DNA of 64,000 nt, from assembly GCA_977020255.1 (NCBI GenBank), contig CDROCS010000506.1, positions 124,001 to 188,000 on the forward strand, in the 5' to 3' direction. The notes under the pieces are model-generated. The model searched no databases, was not told the origin of the DNA, and saw only the letters and a list, made by a program, of their open reading frames with translations. This document shows positions 41,728-53,448 of this stretch, one piece after another. A program made the translations under genes and the position numbers. This DNA comes from Obrimoposthia wandeli (taxonomy: Eukaryota). Numbering within the stretch: position 1 is the stretch's first letter; each line of letters opens with the position of its first letter.

Positions 41728-43128
41728 ATGAAAAAAACAATGTATGAAAAGATTTGGGATTCTCACTTAGTTCATGAACCAGAGAATGGAACTCCAATAC
41801 TTTATATCGATCGTCATTTGATGCATGAAGTAACAAGTCCTCAAGCGTTTGAAGGTTTAAAGATTCAACAACGTCCAGTACGTAACAAGCACAGTATCCT
41901 AGCAACAATGGATCACTGCGTACCAACGGTTGACCGCCACTTACCAATTAAAGATCCAATTGCCGCAAAACAGATCCAAACAATGGCGGATAACTGTGAA
42001 GAACACGACCTATTAATTTACGATATGGAGAATGCTAACAACGGTGTTATTCATATTGTGGTACCTGAACATGGTTTTATCCACCCAGGTATGACTGCTG
42101 TATGTGGTGATTCTCACACAGCAACACACGGTGCATTTGGTGCGTTAGCATTCGGTATCGGTACGTCTGAAGTTGAACATGTAATGGCAACGCAAACGTT
42201 ACAACAGAAAAAATCTAAAACGATGCTAGTAAGCGTTGAAGGTAAACTGTCTCGGTTTTCTACTGCTAAAGACATTGCACTTGCTGTAATCGGTAAAATC
42301 GGTACAGCAGGCGGCACCGGTCATGTTATTGAATTCGCTGGTTCAGCAATCCGTGACTTAACAATGGAAGGTCGTATGACCCTTTGTAACATGGCAATTG
42401 AAGGTGGCGCTCGTGCAGGTTTAATCGCACCAGATCAGACTACTTTCGATTACATTGAAGGCAAAGAATTTGCGCCTAAAGGCGATCACTGGGCTGCTGC
42501 ACTAGCATACTGGAAGTCGTTACCAACAGATGATGGCGCTAAATTCGATACGATTGTTGAATTAGTCGCAGAAGATATTGCACCACAAGTAACGTGGGGT
42601 ACATCACCAGAGCAAGTTTCACCAGTAACAGCAAACGTTCCGTCTCCAACAGATTTTGATGACGTCATAAAATCGTCTGCATGTAAAGGCGCATTGTCTT
42701 ACATGGGTATTACTGCTGGCGCACCAATCACCGATATTAAAATTGATTTAGTATTTGTTGGTTCTTGCACCAACGGTCGCATTGAAGATTTCCGTGCGAT
42801 TGCAGATATGACGAAAGGCAAAAAAGTAAGTGCAGCAGTACAAGCGATTGCGGTACCGGGTTCTTACCTAGTGAAAGAACAAGCGGAAAAAGAAGGTCTA
42901 GATAAGATCTTGATGGATGCAGGTTGGGAATGGCGTGAACCAGGTTGTTCAATGTGCTTAGCAATGAATGGCGATCAACTTAAGGAAGGTCAACGTAGTG
43001 CATCTACGTCAAACCGTAACTTTGAAGGTCGACAAGGTAAAGGTGGTCGTACGCACCTCGTATCTCCAGCAATGGCTGCCGCTGCAGCAATTGAAGGCCA
43101 TTTTGTTGACATCCGTAACTGGGCGTAA
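41728..43128 (+). CDS. leuC: Isopropylmalate/citramalate isomerase large subunit
   Basis: [28 protein letters not shown] and [11 protein letters not shown] motifs. Confidence 0.97.
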   Translation: MKKTMYEKIWDSHLVHEPENGTPILYIDRHLMHEVTSPQAFEGLKIQQRPVRNKHSILATMDHCVPTVDRHLPIKDPIAAKQIQTMADNCEEHDLLIYDMENANNGVIHIVVPEHGFIHPGMTAVCGDSHTATHGAFGALAFGIGTSEVEHVMATQTLQQKKSKTMLVSVEGKLSRFSTAKDIALAVIGKIGTAGGTGHVIEFAGSAIRDLTMEGRMTLCNMAIEGGARAGLIAPDQTTFDYIEGKEFAPKGDHWAAALAYWKSLPTDDGAKFDTIVELVAEDIAPQVTWGTSPEQVSPVTANVPSPTDFDDVIKSSACKGALSYMGITAGAPITDIKIDLVFVGSCTNGRIEDFRAIADMTKGKKVSAAVQAIAVPGSYLVKEQAEKEGLDKILMDAGWEWREPGCSMCLAMNGDQLKEGQRSASTSNRNFEGRQGKGGRTHLVSPAMAAAAAIEGHFVDIRNWA

Positions 43129-43159
43129 GCTTTAGCACATTAGTGATCAAGGAATTAAA

Positions 43160-43780
43160 ATGAAAGCATATAAAAATCATACTAGTGTTGCTGCATTAAT
43201 GAATCGTAGTAACGTAGATACAGATCAAATCATCCCGAAACAGTTCTTGAAAAAAGTAGAACGTACCGGCTTTGGCATTCACTTATTTCATGACTGGCGT
43301 TTTCTTGATGACGGTTCAGAAAATCCTGAATTTGAATTAAATAAACCCGCATTCAAAGGCGCTAAAATTTTAGTGGCTGGCGATAACTTTGGTTGTGGTT
43401 CATCACGTGAACATGCGCCGTGGGCGATTGAAGATTTTGGTTTCAACACCGTTATTTCAACGAGCTATGCCGACATCTTTTACTCAAACTGCTTTAAAAA
43501 CGGTATTTTACCAATCCGTGTAAGTAAAGACGAGTTAGCCGCATTAATGGCTGAGATTGAAGCGAACGAAGGTGTCGAATTTACTGTTGACCTACCAGCG
43601 CAAACAGTAACAACACCAGGCGGTATTGTTATTAACATTGAAGTTGATCCATTCCGTAAACAAAGCCTTATCGAAGGTGCTGATGATATCTCATGGACAT
43701 TAAAGCATGAAGGTAAAATCACTGAATTCGAAGCAAAAAATAAGCAACAGTTCCCATGGTTATGGACTGAAGCGAACTAA
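43160..43780 (+). CDS. leuD: Isopropylmalate/citramalate isomerase small subunit
   Basis: NVDTDQIIPKQFL and NFGCGSSREHAPW motifs. Confidence 0.97.
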   Translation: MKAYKNHTSVAALMNRSNVDTDQIIPKQFLKKVERTGFGIHLFHDWRFLDDGSENPEFELNKPAFKGAKILVAGDNFGCGSSREHAPWAIEDFGFNTVISTSYADIFYSNCFKNGILPIRVSKDELAALMAEIEANEGVEFTVDLPAQTVTTPGGIVINIEVDPFRKQSLIEGADDISWTLKHEGKITEFEAKNKQQFPWLWTEAN

Positions 43781-43923
43781 CTTTTGGTCGTGTTGTTATA
43801 GACAATACAAATGCTCTGTCATCGCTATATAATAGGCTATAACAGAGCATACCAAAAGGCAGTTTAAAGCGGGTAGCCATCTTCTATCCGCTCTTTCCCT
43901 ACAATTTGAAGCAGGTAGCAAAT

Positions 43924-45462
43924 ATGGAAATCATGCGCCCTCGAGTCCAGTTGATGGACACTACTCTTCGCGACGGAGAGCAAACCCAAGGTGTCTCCTT
44001 CACGCCCGAAGAAAAAGTCAGTATTGCCAAAGCCCTACTCCAATCACTTAATGTTGATCGCATTGAAGTTGCGTCTGCACGTGTGTCACTCGGTGAAAAA
44101 AACGCCGTATCCTCATTAATGCAATGGGCTGAACAAGAACACCTAGCTGACCGAATTGAAATATTAGGCTTTGTTGACCATACCAAAAGCGTTGACTGGA
44201 TTAAATCCAGTGGTGCTAAAGTCATTAACTTATTAACCAAAGGCAGTGAGAAACACTGTACTGAACAATTACGTAAAACCCCTGCGGCACATATTGCAGA
44301 TGTCAGAGAAACCATCCATTATGCAATGGAGCAAGGTTTAACCGTTAACATCTATCTTGAAGATTGGTCTAATGGTTATAGCGATAATCCTGACTATGTT
44401 TATCACATGATCAGTGCGCTAGCAGATTTACCTATCCAACATTATATGCTCCCCGATACGCTTGGTGTTATGTCGCCTGATGAAGTGCACACTAGCCTCT
44501 CCGATATGATGAATCGTTTCCCGCAACTGCAATTTGATTTCCATCCGCACAATGATTACGGCTTGGCAACAGCAAATGCATTAGCGGCAGCCAAAGTGGG
44601 GATTAGTGCCATCCATTGTACGGTTAACTGCTTGGGTGAACGTGCTGGTAATGCGTCACTGGCAGAAGTGGCGGTAGTATTAAAAGACAAACTCGGCATC
44701 GAATCATCAATCAACGAACAGCGTATCCATCAGATAAGCCAAATGATTGAAAACTTCTCAGGGAAAATAACCCCTGCGAATGCCCCTATCATTGGCGCTG
44801 ACGTGTTTACCCAAACGAGTGGTATCCATGCTGATGGCGATAATAAAGGCGGCTTATATCAAACGGTATTAGGTCCTGAGCGATTTGAGCGTACACGCAC
44901 CTATGCACTCGGTAAAATGAGTGGGAAAGCATCGCTAGAGAAAAACTTAGCTGACTTAAACATTGATTTAACGGCCGAGCAAAAAACCAAATTACTCGAA
45001 CGGATTGTGACACTCGGCGATCAAAAAGCCATTATCACGCCTGAAGACTTGCCTTTTATTATTGCGGACCTATTGGAAAGTAAAGACTACTCGCATATTG
45101 AACTGCTTAACTGCTCAATAACATCTGGGTTAAATGTAGATTCGACAGCCAGTATTCGTGTTCGTATTGGTGATGACATATATAAATCTGCCGGTTCTGG
45201 TAACGGTGGTTTTGATGCATTCAGTATGGCAATACAGGCGCTTATGCCAAAGGTTGGTTTTGAGTTCCCTAATTTAGAAAACTACCAAGTACGTATTCCA
45301 CCAGGCGGCAAGACCAGCGCCCTAACAGAAAGTTTCATTACTTGGGAACAAGATAACAAAACCTTCCGAACCCGTGGCGTCAGTTCAAACCAAGTATTTG
45401 CAGGGGTACAAGCAACAATGCGCATGCTCAATAAACTACTTCACGAATCCATAACAGCATAA
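43924..45462 (+). CDS. cimA: (R)-citramalate synthase, Leptospira/Bacteroidetes type (DRE-TIM plus C-terminal regulatory domain)
   Basis: DTTLRDGEQTQGVSF, EVASARVS, EILGFVD, NLLTKGS, YLEDWSNG, HADGD and VRIPPGGKT match L. interrogans CimA as recalled, rather than LeuA. ORF-track start is TTG 43906; ATG 43924 preferred. Confidence 0.8.
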   Translation: MEIMRPRVQLMDTTLRDGEQTQGVSFTPEEKVSIAKALLQSLNVDRIEVASARVSLGEKNAVSSLMQWAEQEHLADRIEILGFVDHTKSVDWIKSSGAKVINLLTKGSEKHCTEQLRKTPAAHIADVRETIHYAMEQGLTVNIYLEDWSNGYSDNPDYVYHMISALADLPIQHYMLPDTLGVMSPDEVHTSLSDMMNRFPQLQFDFHPHNDYGLATANALAAAKVGISAIHCTVNCLGERAGNASLAEVAVVLKDKLGIESSINEQRIHQISQMIENFSGKITPANAPIIGADVFTQTSGIHADGDNKGGLYQTVLGPERFERTRTYALGKMSGKASLEKNLADLNIDLTAEQKTKLLERIVTLGDQKAIITPEDLPFIIADLLESKDYSHIELLNCSITSGLNVDSTASIRVRIGDDIYKSAGSGNGGFDAFSMAIQALMPKVGFEFPNLENYQVRIPPGGKTSALTESFITWEQDNKTFRTRGVSSNQVFAGVQATMRMLNKLLHESITA

Positions 45463-45863
45463 CCATACAGCAATCCAGACTTGCGTTATTCGCATTTAAC
45501 GTAAGTCTGTCAATAAGTAGAATACTGCAATTAAGCTGTGCACATCCGCAATCTAATCTCCCGTAATATTTAATTATATTTTCGTAAGCTATACTTAACG
45601 TATATATCGCCACAGCGACAACTTGCAATATAAAGACCCGCTAAACAACTCTAGTCACATCTAACTCACTAAAAAATGACTTTTATAAATTCAAACATAA
45701 CGCATTATTTAACATTACAAGAATAATAAAATGCTTATAAAACCGCAATTTAATTGCGCAATTTTGAAATCAAAGTCTAAATTTAGAAAAGAAGTGAGAA
45801 AAACTTCAGACTTGTAGATGCCAATTCCTGCAGATGCAAGTAATTAAATTTTGGGGGTTACCT

Positions 45864-47786
45864 ATGGGTATTTTTGAACATTATCAGCAAAGATACGAAG
45901 AAAGTCGTGAAGAAGAATATACGATCCAAGAGTTTTTGAATTTATGTCGTGACGACAAAACTGTATATGCATCTGCTGCTGAAAGATTACTACACGCAAT
46001 CGGTGAGCCAGAAATGGTTGATACCGCGACTGATTCTCGCCTGAGCCGATTATTTTCAAACCGCGTTGTTGCACGCTATCCCGCGTTTAAAGATTTCTAT
46101 GGCATGGAAGACGCCATTGAACAGATCGTTGCTTACCTAAAACACTCGGCGCAAGGATTAGAAGAAAAGAAACAAATCTTGTATTTATTGGGGCCTGTTG
46201 GGGGTGGTAAATCATCTTTAGCAGAAAAACTCAAAGACCTGATGCAAAACGAATCTATTTATCGCATTAAAGGTTCACCAGTCAACGACCATCCATTTAG
46301 TCTGTTTGACGTCAATGAAGATGCTAATATTTTACGCACTGAATACGGCATTCCAACACGTTATCTTGGTCATGTGATGTCACCTTGGGCAGCGAAACGC
46401 TTAAAAGAATTTGGTGGTGATATAAGTCAGTTCAAAGTGGAAAAAGTTCGTCCATCGATTCTCCATCAGATTGCGATTGCTAAAACCGAACCTGGCGATG
46501 AAAATAACCAAGATATTTCATCGCTCGTGGGTAAGGTTGATATTCGTCAGTTAGAACATTTCTCACAAGATGATCCTGATGCATACAGTTACTCTGGCGC
46601 ACTCTGTAAAGCCAACCAAGGTGTGATGGAGTTTGTAGAGATGTTTAAAGCACCGATTAAAGTGCTCCACCCCCTACTTACCGCAACACAGGAAGGTAAC
46701 TATAACAGTACCGAAGGTCTCTCAGCCTTGCCTTTCGAAGGCATAATCCTTGCTCACTCGAATGAATCTGAGTGGCAAACATTCCGTAACAATAAAAACA
46801 ACGAAGCGTTTTTAGACCGTGTTTATATTGTTAAAGTACCCTACTGCTTACGCATCAGTGAAGAACAAGCCATTTATCGTAAATTACTGGAAAACAGTGC
46901 GCTGCATAATGCTAAATGTGCACCAGGAACACTTGATGCGCTTGCGCAATTCACCGTGCTATCACGCATTAAAGATCCTGAAAATTCATCAATCTACTCG
47001 AAAATGCGCGTTTATGATGGCGAGACCTTAAAAGATACCGACCCGAAAGCCAAGTCGTATCAAGAGTACCGTGATTATGCGGGTGTCGATGAAGGTATGT
47101 CAGGGCTATCAACCCGTTTTGCCTATAAAATTTTATCCAAAGTATTCAACTTTGATCATGTTGAAGTTGCCGCTAACCCTGTACATCTTTTCTATGTACT
47201 CGAACAACAAATTGAACGTGAGCAATTCCCTCAAGATATTGCAGACCGTTATTTAGAGTTCTTGAAAGGTTATTTGATCCCGAAATATGCTGAATTTATC
47301 GGCAAAGAAATTCAAACCGCGTATTTAGAATCTTACTCTGAATATGGTCAAAACATTTTCGACCGCTATGTCACCTATGCTGATTTCTGGATCCAAGATC
47401 AAGAGTTTCGAGATCCTGATACAGGTCAACTTTTTGATAGAGAAGCATTAAATAACGATCTGGAAAAAATTGAGAAACCAGCGGGTATCAGTAACCCGAA
47501 AGATTTCCGTAATGAAATCGTCAATTTCGTATTACGTGCCAGAGCCAATAACAGCGGTAAAAATCCAGCTTGGGTCAGTTACGAAAAACTCCGTACGGTT
47601 ATCGAGAAGAAAATGTTCTCCAACACCGAAGAGTTGTTACCCGTTATCTCATTTAACGGTAAAACATCCACCGATGAACAACAAAAACATGACAACTTTG
47701 TAGCCCGTATGATGGAAAAAGGCTATACCAAAAAACAAGTTAGACTGTTGTCAGAATGGTATTTACGTGTACGTAAATCATCATAA
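45864..47786 (+). CDS. yeaG: PrkA/YeaG AAA+ serine kinase
   Basis: [21 protein letters not shown] and [13 protein letters not shown] motifs. Confidence 0.96.
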   Translation: MGIFEHYQQRYEESREEEYTIQEFLNLCRDDKTVYASAAERLLHAIGEPEMVDTATDSRLSRLFSNRVVARYPAFKDFYGMEDAIEQIVAYLKHSAQGLEEKKQILYLLGPVGGGKSSLAEKLKDLMQNESIYRIKGSPVNDHPFSLFDVNEDANILRTEYGIPTRYLGHVMSPWAAKRLKEFGGDISQFKVEKVRPSILHQIAIAKTEPGDENNQDISSLVGKVDIRQLEHFSQDDPDAYSYSGALCKANQGVMEFVEMFKAPIKVLHPLLTATQEGNYNSTEGLSALPFEGIILAHSNESEWQTFRNNKNNEAFLDRVYIVKVPYCLRISEEQAIYRKLLENSALHNAKCAPGTLDALAQFTVLSRIKDPENSSIYSKMRVYDGETLKDTDPKAKSYQEYRDYAGVDEGMSGLSTRFAYKILSKVFNFDHVEVAANPVHLFYVLEQQIEREQFPQDIADRYLEFLKGYLIPKYAEFIGKEIQTAYLESYSEYGQNIFDRYVTYADFWIQDQEFRDPDTGQLFDREALNNDLEKIEKPAGISNPKDFRNEIVNFVLRARANNSGKNPAWVSYEKLRTVIEKKMFSNTEELLPVISFNGKTSTDEQQKHDNFVARMMEKGYTKKQVRLLSEWYLRVRKSS

Positions 47787-47809
47787 TAGATTTTGTTAGG
47801 GGGTATGAG

Positions 47810-49078
47810 ATGGCACATTTTATTGATCGCAGATTAAACGGTAAGAATAAAAGTACCGTTAATCGACAACGCTTTATGCGTCGTTATAACTCACAAATAA
47901 AAAAGGCGGTATCTGATGCTGTAAACAATCGCAGTATCCAGGATATTACATCTGGAGAAAGTGTCAGTATTCCAACTCGTGACATCTCAGAACCTATGTT
48001 TCACCAAGGCAAAGGCGGTGATCGCACCATCGTTCACCCAGGTAACGATCAATTTATTACCGGCGATAAAATTAATCGCCCACCACCCGCAGGCGGTTCT
48101 GGTGCTGGCGGCGGTGAGGCCAGTGATAGTGGCGAAGGTAATGATGAATTTAATTTTCAAATATCCAAAGACGAATACCTTGATCTATTATTTGAAGATT
48201 TAGAATTACCTAATTTACAAGAAAACCAATTCAACAGTATTGTTGAAATGAAAACCCATCGCGCCGGTTATACATCTAACGGTAACCCAGGTAACATCGC
48301 GATTGTTAAATCATTACAAAATTCACTCGCAAGACGTACCGCATTATCCGGTAGTAAGAAAAGAAAAGTAAAAGCATTACAACTTGAAGTTGACGAGTTA
48401 ACCCAGCGCGGCGACGTTGAAGGCCAATTTGTCGACGAACTCAACAAAGAAATTGCAGAGCTTAAAAAGCGCATCAGTAAAGTACCTTTCATTGATACCT
48501 TTGATTTACGCTATAACAATTTTGAGCAATACGCAGTACCCAATAGCCAAGCGGTGATGTTTTGTTTGATGGATGTATCAGGTTCAATGGATCAACCGAC
48601 TAAAGACATGGCGAAACGATTCTACATTTTACTCTATTTGTTTTTAACCCGAACTTACAAAAAAATTGAAGTGGTTTACATACGTCACCATACACAAGCA
48701 AAAGAAGTTGATGAGCATGAGTTTTTTTACTCGCAAGAGACCGGTGGTACGATTGTATCGTCAGCCTTAAAACTCATGGATAAAATTGTCACTGATAAAT
48801 TCCCAGCCAATGAGTGGAATATTTATGCAGCACAAGCTTCTGATGGAGATAACTGGGCTGATGACTCGCCTTTATGTCGCAAGATATTAGTGGATAAGAT
48901 CATGCCCAGAGTGCGTTATTTCAGCTATATAGAAATAACCAATCGAGCACATCAGACATTATGGCGTGAATATGAAAAAGTAGCAGAAGACTACTCACAG
49001 TTCGCCTTGCAACACATTCGTCAGCTCGAAGATATTTATCCTGTATTCCGTGAACTATTCAAGAAACAGGCCGCTTAG
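47810..49078 (+). CDS. yeaH: YeaH (UPF0229, vWA-like)
   Basis: [29 protein letters not shown] and ASDGDNW motifs. Confidence 0.95.
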   Translation: MAHFIDRRLNGKNKSTVNRQRFMRRYNSQIKKAVSDAVNNRSIQDITSGESVSIPTRDISEPMFHQGKGGDRTIVHPGNDQFITGDKINRPPPAGGSGAGGGEASDSGEGNDEFNFQISKDEYLDLLFEDLELPNLQENQFNSIVEMKTHRAGYTSNGNPGNIAIVKSLQNSLARRTALSGSKKRKVKALQLEVDELTQRGDVEGQFVDELNKEIAELKKRISKVPFIDTFDLRYNNFEQYAVPNSQAVMFCLMDVSGSMDQPTKDMAKRFYILLYLFLTRTYKKIEVVYIRHHTQAKEVDEHEFFYSQETGGTIVSSALKLMDKIVTDKFPANEWNIYAAQASDGDNWADDSPLCRKILVDKIMPRVRYFSYIEITNRAHQTLWREYEKVAEDYSQFALQHIRQLEDIYPVFRELFKKQAA

Positions 49079-49089
49079 GGAGAGTCTAT

Positions 49090-50601
49090 ATGTTAAAAGA
49101 TGAAGTAAAGCAGCTTAGCGATGGTCCTGATTGGAACTTCCCATTACTTGAGGAATATCATGTCGAAATAAAACGTATTGCCGAGTACTACCGACTTGAT
49201 ACTTATCCCAATCAAATAGAAGTGATCACCGCAGAGCAAATGATGGATGCTTATTCTTCAGTAGGGATGCCGATTGGCTATAACCACTGGAGCTTTGGTA
49301 AGAAATTCATTCAAACCGAGCAAAGCTACAAACGCGGGCAAATGGGACTGGCGTATGAAATTGTGATTAATTCTAGCCCTTGCATTGCCTACTTAATGGA
49401 AGAAAATACCATCCCGATGCAAGCGTTAGTGATCGCACATGCCTGTTATGGTCATAACTCTTTTTTTAAAGGCAATTATCTGTTTAAGTCTTGGACTGAC
49501 GCTGAATCAATTATAGATTATTTACTATTTTCCAAAAACTATATTGCCGAGTGCGAACAAAAATACGGTATTGATGCTGTCGAAAATATTGTCGATTCAT
49601 GCCATGCATTAATGAGCTATGGTGTTGACCGTTATAAGCGGCCAAGTGAGCCGTCATTAAGTGAAGAGAAACGTCGTCAACAAGAACGTACTGATTATTT
49701 ACAGACCCAAGTAAATGAACTGTGGCGCACCCTGCCCCAAAGTAATGAAAAAGCAGAACCTGTTGAACCTAATTTCCCAGCAGAACCACAAGAAAATATG
49801 CTGTATTTTGTAGAGAAAAATGCCCCTTTATTACAATCTTGGCAGCGTGAAATAATTCGTATCGTGCGTAAGATAAGTCAGTATTTTTATCCACAAAAAC
49901 AAACTCAAGTGATGAATGAAGGCTGGGCAACATTTTGGCATTATACCATTACCAATCACCTGTATGACGAAGGTTTAGTCTCCGATAATTTTATGTTAGA
50001 GATATTACATAATCATACTAATGTTGTTGCGCAACCAGCGTATAACAGCCCTTACTACTCAGGTATGAACCCTTACGCGCTGGGGTTTGCGATGTTTACT
50101 GATATTCGTCGCATCTGTGAACACCCGACAGCTGAAGATAAAGCCTGGTTCCCTGATATTGCCGGCAGTGATTGGTTAGACACATTGCATTTTGCCATGC
50201 AGAACTTTAAAGATGAAAGCTTCATTAGCCAATATTTATCGCCAAAAGTAATGCGTGATATGCACTTATTTTCAATCGAGGATAATGACAGCAGTAAATA
50301 TATTGAAGTATCAGCAATTCATAATGAAGAAGGCTACCAACAACTGCGTAGTAAGTTATCTGCCCAATATAATTTAAGTAACAATGAACCTAACATTCAG
50401 GTATTTAATGTTGATAGAAAGGGTGATCGTTCTTTAACACTACGTTATGTGCCGCATCAAGATATACCGCTGGAGGGTAAATCTGCACAAGAAGTAATGA
50501 AACATCTACATCGATTATGGGGCTTTGATGTTAAGTTAGAACAAGTTCAAGCCAATGGTAATATTGAACTGCTCTGTCAAAGTATAACGCCTACGCCTTA
50601 A
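49090..50601 (+). CDS. ycgB: SpoVR/YcgB family protein
   Basis: GLAYEIVINS, HACYGHNSFF and MNEGWA motifs. Confidence 0.95.
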   Translation: MLKDEVKQLSDGPDWNFPLLEEYHVEIKRIAEYYRLDTYPNQIEVITAEQMMDAYSSVGMPIGYNHWSFGKKFIQTEQSYKRGQMGLAYEIVINSSPCIAYLMEENTIPMQALVIAHACYGHNSFFKGNYLFKSWTDAESIIDYLLFSKNYIAECEQKYGIDAVENIVDSCHALMSYGVDRYKRPSEPSLSEEKRRQQERTDYLQTQVNELWRTLPQSNEKAEPVEPNFPAEPQENMLYFVEKNAPLLQSWQREIIRIVRKISQYFYPQKQTQVMNEGWATFWHYTITNHLYDEGLVSDNFMLEILHNHTNVVAQPAYNSPYYSGMNPYALGFAMFTDIRRICEHPTAEDKAWFPDIAGSDWLDTLHFAMQNFKDESFISQYLSPKVMRDMHLFSIEDNDSSKYIEVSAIHNEEGYQQLRSKLSAQYNLSNNEPNIQVFNVDRKGDRSLTLRYVPHQDIPLEGKSAQEVMKHLHRLWGFDVKLEQVQANGNIELLCQSITPTP

Positions 50602-50605
50602 TGAG

Positions 50606-50632
50606 AAAAACCAGTCAATGACTGGTTTTTTT
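50606..50632. terminator. Bidirectional terminator between ycgB and fadR
   Basis: AAAAACCAGTCA-A-TGACTGGTTTTT. Confidence 0.88.
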
Positions 50633-50654
50633 ATATGATATGATTGCGTCAGTA

Positions 50655-51434
50655 TTATTTAATACGTTGTTCGAAAGCGACGCAAATATCATCCCATGTT
50701 TCGTCACGGTATTGCTGCCAAAGTAGGCCTGAGTTCATACCGTAATTACGAATAACATTCAAACAGTCATCGGCTTTATTTTCTTCCGCTACCGTTTTCA
50801 ATTGTTTGTAAAAATCTTGAGCCAATACACGCGCTTCAGGGTAATCAAAATAAATTTTCCCCAAAATACGATACATATTATCAAAGCCGTTTAGAATCAA
50901 TGCATACACTAAATTACCCGATAGAAAGGCTAATTTGTGTAACATACGATAATCATATTCGGTGTAAGCATCTTTGTTATCCGCTAATGCTTCAGCTTCA
51001 TTTAAGATCTCAACGACTCTTTCAGGATCACGTTTTATCGCAGCACGAACAAAAATAACACTGATATTGGTACGCGCAGATAATAAGTCACGCACTAACT
51101 CAGGTAGGCGCTCAGGATCTAATCGGACTAAATCTTCTAAAATTGAAAGACTCGAGGTTTCCCAAAAATTATTAACTTGAGTCGGTTTTCCGTGACGAAT
51201 AGTGAGCCACCCATCACGTGCTAAACGTTGCAGTACTTCACGTAGCGTCGTTCGGGTAACACCAATAAGTTCAGAAAGTTCTCTTTCTGCAGGCAGAATT
51301 GAACCTGGAGGAAAACGGTTTTTCCAAATTGATTCGATAAGGTATTCTTCGGCAAAGCCAGCAGGGCTTTTAGCCTTAATAATACCGTCATTCTGACGCT
51401 TTTTAATTGTTGTTTTACTATTAGTAATATCCAT
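50655..51434 (-). CDS. fadR: Fatty-acid metabolism regulator FadR
   Basis: IIKAKSPAGFAEEY, LPAERELSELIGVTRTTLREVLQRL and HGKPT motifs; divergent from nhaB. Confidence 0.95.
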   Translation of the reverse strand: MDITNSKTTIKKRQNDGIIKAKSPAGFAEEYLIESIWKNRFPPGSILPAERELSELIGVTRTTLREVLQRLARDGWLTIRHGKPTQVNNFWETSSLSILEDLVRLDPERLPELVRDLLSARTNISVIFVRAAIKRDPERVVEILNEAEALADNKDAYTEYDYRMLHKLAFLSGNLVYALILNGFDNMYRILGKIYFDYPEARVLAQDFYKQLKTVAEENKADDCLNVIRNYGMNSGLLWQQYRDETWDDICVAFEQRIK

Positions 51435-51492
51435 TTAACTTCTCATATCGGAAATATAACAGGCTGTATCTTTTTGAATGTTAGCATCCACA

Positions 51493-51509
51493 GGCTCGTC
51501 CGACCAGAT
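51493..51509. promoter_or_regulatory. Putative FadR operator in the fadR-nhaB intergenic region
   Basis: GGCTCGTCCGACCAGAT matches 12 of 16 positions of AACTGGTCnGACCAGTT. Confidence 0.55.
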
Positions 51510-51677
51510 TTAAATTAGATCCTATCAACAGAATAATTAATTTCCGACATAAATATTAAAATAACTTTATTCGCAATAACAATAATCTGTATCAATAAAA
51601 ATGTTGGCGTACGTCACAGAAAATGCTTAGAATGTCGCAGTTTTATTTTTCTTTAAACCAAATACTGGACACTTCTA

Positions 51678-53264
51678 ATGGACATTAGTCTTACCACGGC
51701 TGCAAAGCTTAACTTCTTAGGTAACTCACCTCAGTGGTACAAAATTGCAATCATTGCCTTTCTTATTATAAACCCAATTATCTTTGCAATTGACCCATTT
51801 ATTGCTGGTTGGTTATTAGTTACTGAGTTTATTTTCACTTTAGCAATGGCGCTTAAATGCTACCCGCTTCAACCTGGTGGCTTACTTGCAATCGAAGCGG
51901 TTGCGATTGGTATGACGTCTGCAGATCAAGTACAGCATGAGCTTGTCAGCAATATCGAAGTATTATTGCTGCTAATATTCATGGTTGCTGGTATCTACTT
52001 CATGAAGTCATTATTGCTTTATGTTTTCACAAAATTGTTGATTAACATTAAATCTAAAGCACTGTTGGCTTTGTCTTTCTCTGTAGTATCTGCATTCCTA
52101 TCTGCATTCTTAGATGCGCTAACGGTGATTGCCGTGGTGATTAGTGTGGCGATTGGTTTCTATAGTATCTACCACAAAGTCGCATCCGGTAGTGATGTTA
52201 AAAATGACCATGATCATACTAATGATGCATCGGTTAATGAATTGAAACGTCAAGATTTAGATGATTACCGTTCGTTCTTACGTAGCCTTATGATGCATGC
52301 CGGTGTTGGTACTGCGCTAGGTGGCGTATGTACTATGGTTGGTGAACCACAAAATTTAATCATTGCAGAACAAGCGGGTTGGCAATTTGTTGAGTTTGCA
52401 TTACGCATGTCACCTATTACAGTACCGGTATTTTTCTTTGGTCTACTAACATGTTTCCTTGTTGAGAAGTTTAAAGTATTTGGTTACGGTGCTGAATTAC
52501 CATCAGCGGTACGTACTATTCTGGTTGATTTTGATAAACATGAAGATGCGAACCGCAGCCAACGTGAACGAGTGAAACTTTATACCCAAGCAGCAATTGG
52601 TGTTTGGTTAATTATTGGTCTCGCAATGCACTTAGCGGCTGTCGGTCTGATTGGTTTATCAGTAATCATTCTTGCAACTGCCTTTAACGGTATTACTGAA
52701 GAACACGCACTGGGTAAGGCATTTGAAGAAGCACTGCCGTTCACTGCGTTACTCGCGGTATTCTTCACTATTGTTGCGGTGATCATTGATCAACAACTGT
52801 TCATTCCACTGATTAATGCCGTACTTGCTGCTGACCCACATCAGCAGTTACCGCTATTCTATTTAGCAAATGGTATCTTATCGATGGTCAGTGATAATGT
52901 ATTCGTTGGTACTGTTTATATTACCGAAGTAAAAGCAGCATTGGTAAATGGTACGATCACACGTGATCAGTTCGACTTACTTGCTGTTGCAATTAACACC
53001 GGTACTAACTTACCTTCTGTGGCAACGCCAAATGGACAAGCGGCATTCTTATTCTTGTTAACATCGGCGGTTGCGCCACTGTTACGCTTATCATATGGCC
53101 GTATGGTTATCATGGCATTACCGTATACGATTGTGATGACGTTGGTTGGTCTTGCCTCACTGATGTACTTCTTAGAACCAGCAACTACAATGATGCTTGA
53201 TATGGGTTTAATTAGTGCACATGTCGATAGCGCCGCTGAAGTTGTTAAATCTGCTGCTCACTAG
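51678..53264 (+). CDS. nhaB: Na+/H+ antiporter NhaB
   Basis: [35 protein letters not shown] and [17 protein letters not shown] motifs. Confidence 0.97.
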   Translation: MDISLTTAAKLNFLGNSPQWYKIAIIAFLIINPIIFAIDPFIAGWLLVTEFIFTLAMALKCYPLQPGGLLAIEAVAIGMTSADQVQHELVSNIEVLLLLIFMVAGIYFMKSLLLYVFTKLLINIKSKALLALSFSVVSAFLSAFLDALTVIAVVISVAIGFYSIYHKVASGSDVKNDHDHTNDASVNELKRQDLDDYRSFLRSLMMHAGVGTALGGVCTMVGEPQNLIIAEQAGWQFVEFALRMSPITVPVFFFGLLTCFLVEKFKVFGYGAELPSAVRTILVDFDKHEDANRSQRERVKLYTQAAIGVWLIIGLAMHLAAVGLIGLSVIILATAFNGITEEHALGKAFEEALPFTALLAVFFTIVAVIIDQQLFIPLINAVLAADPHQQLPLFYLANGILSMVSDNVFVGTVYITEVKAALVNGTITRDQFDLLAVAINTGTNLPSVATPNGQAAFLFLLTSAVAPLLRLSYGRMVIMALPYTIVMTLVGLASLMYFLEPATTMMLDMGLISAHVDSAAEVVKSAAH

Positions 53265-53294
53265 GATAAGTAACGGTAGTTAATCACTTAGTAT

Positions 53295-53323
53295 AAAAAC
53301 GTCGCTCTATGCGGCGTTTTTTT
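53295..53323 (+). terminator. Intrinsic terminator after nhaB
   Basis: AAAAACGTCGC-tctat-GCGGCGTTTTTT. Confidence 0.8.
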
Positions 53324-53448
53324 ATGCTTGATATAGCTTAATACCGACATAAGTTTTATTCTTACATAGCTTTACACTCGTGCGACAATATCAAAACTAA
53401 CAATATGATATAACAGCAAGTAATCATTAAATTCACTTGAGATAATAT

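Noticed and set aside
43906-45462. Calling this gene leuA
   Set aside because: Motif pattern matches Leptospira-type CimA as recalled and differs from gammaproteobacterial LeuA; retained only as the alternative to test
45834-50601. yeaG-yeaH-ycgB as a novel system
   Set aside because: Well-known, widely conserved stress operon with no anomaly seen
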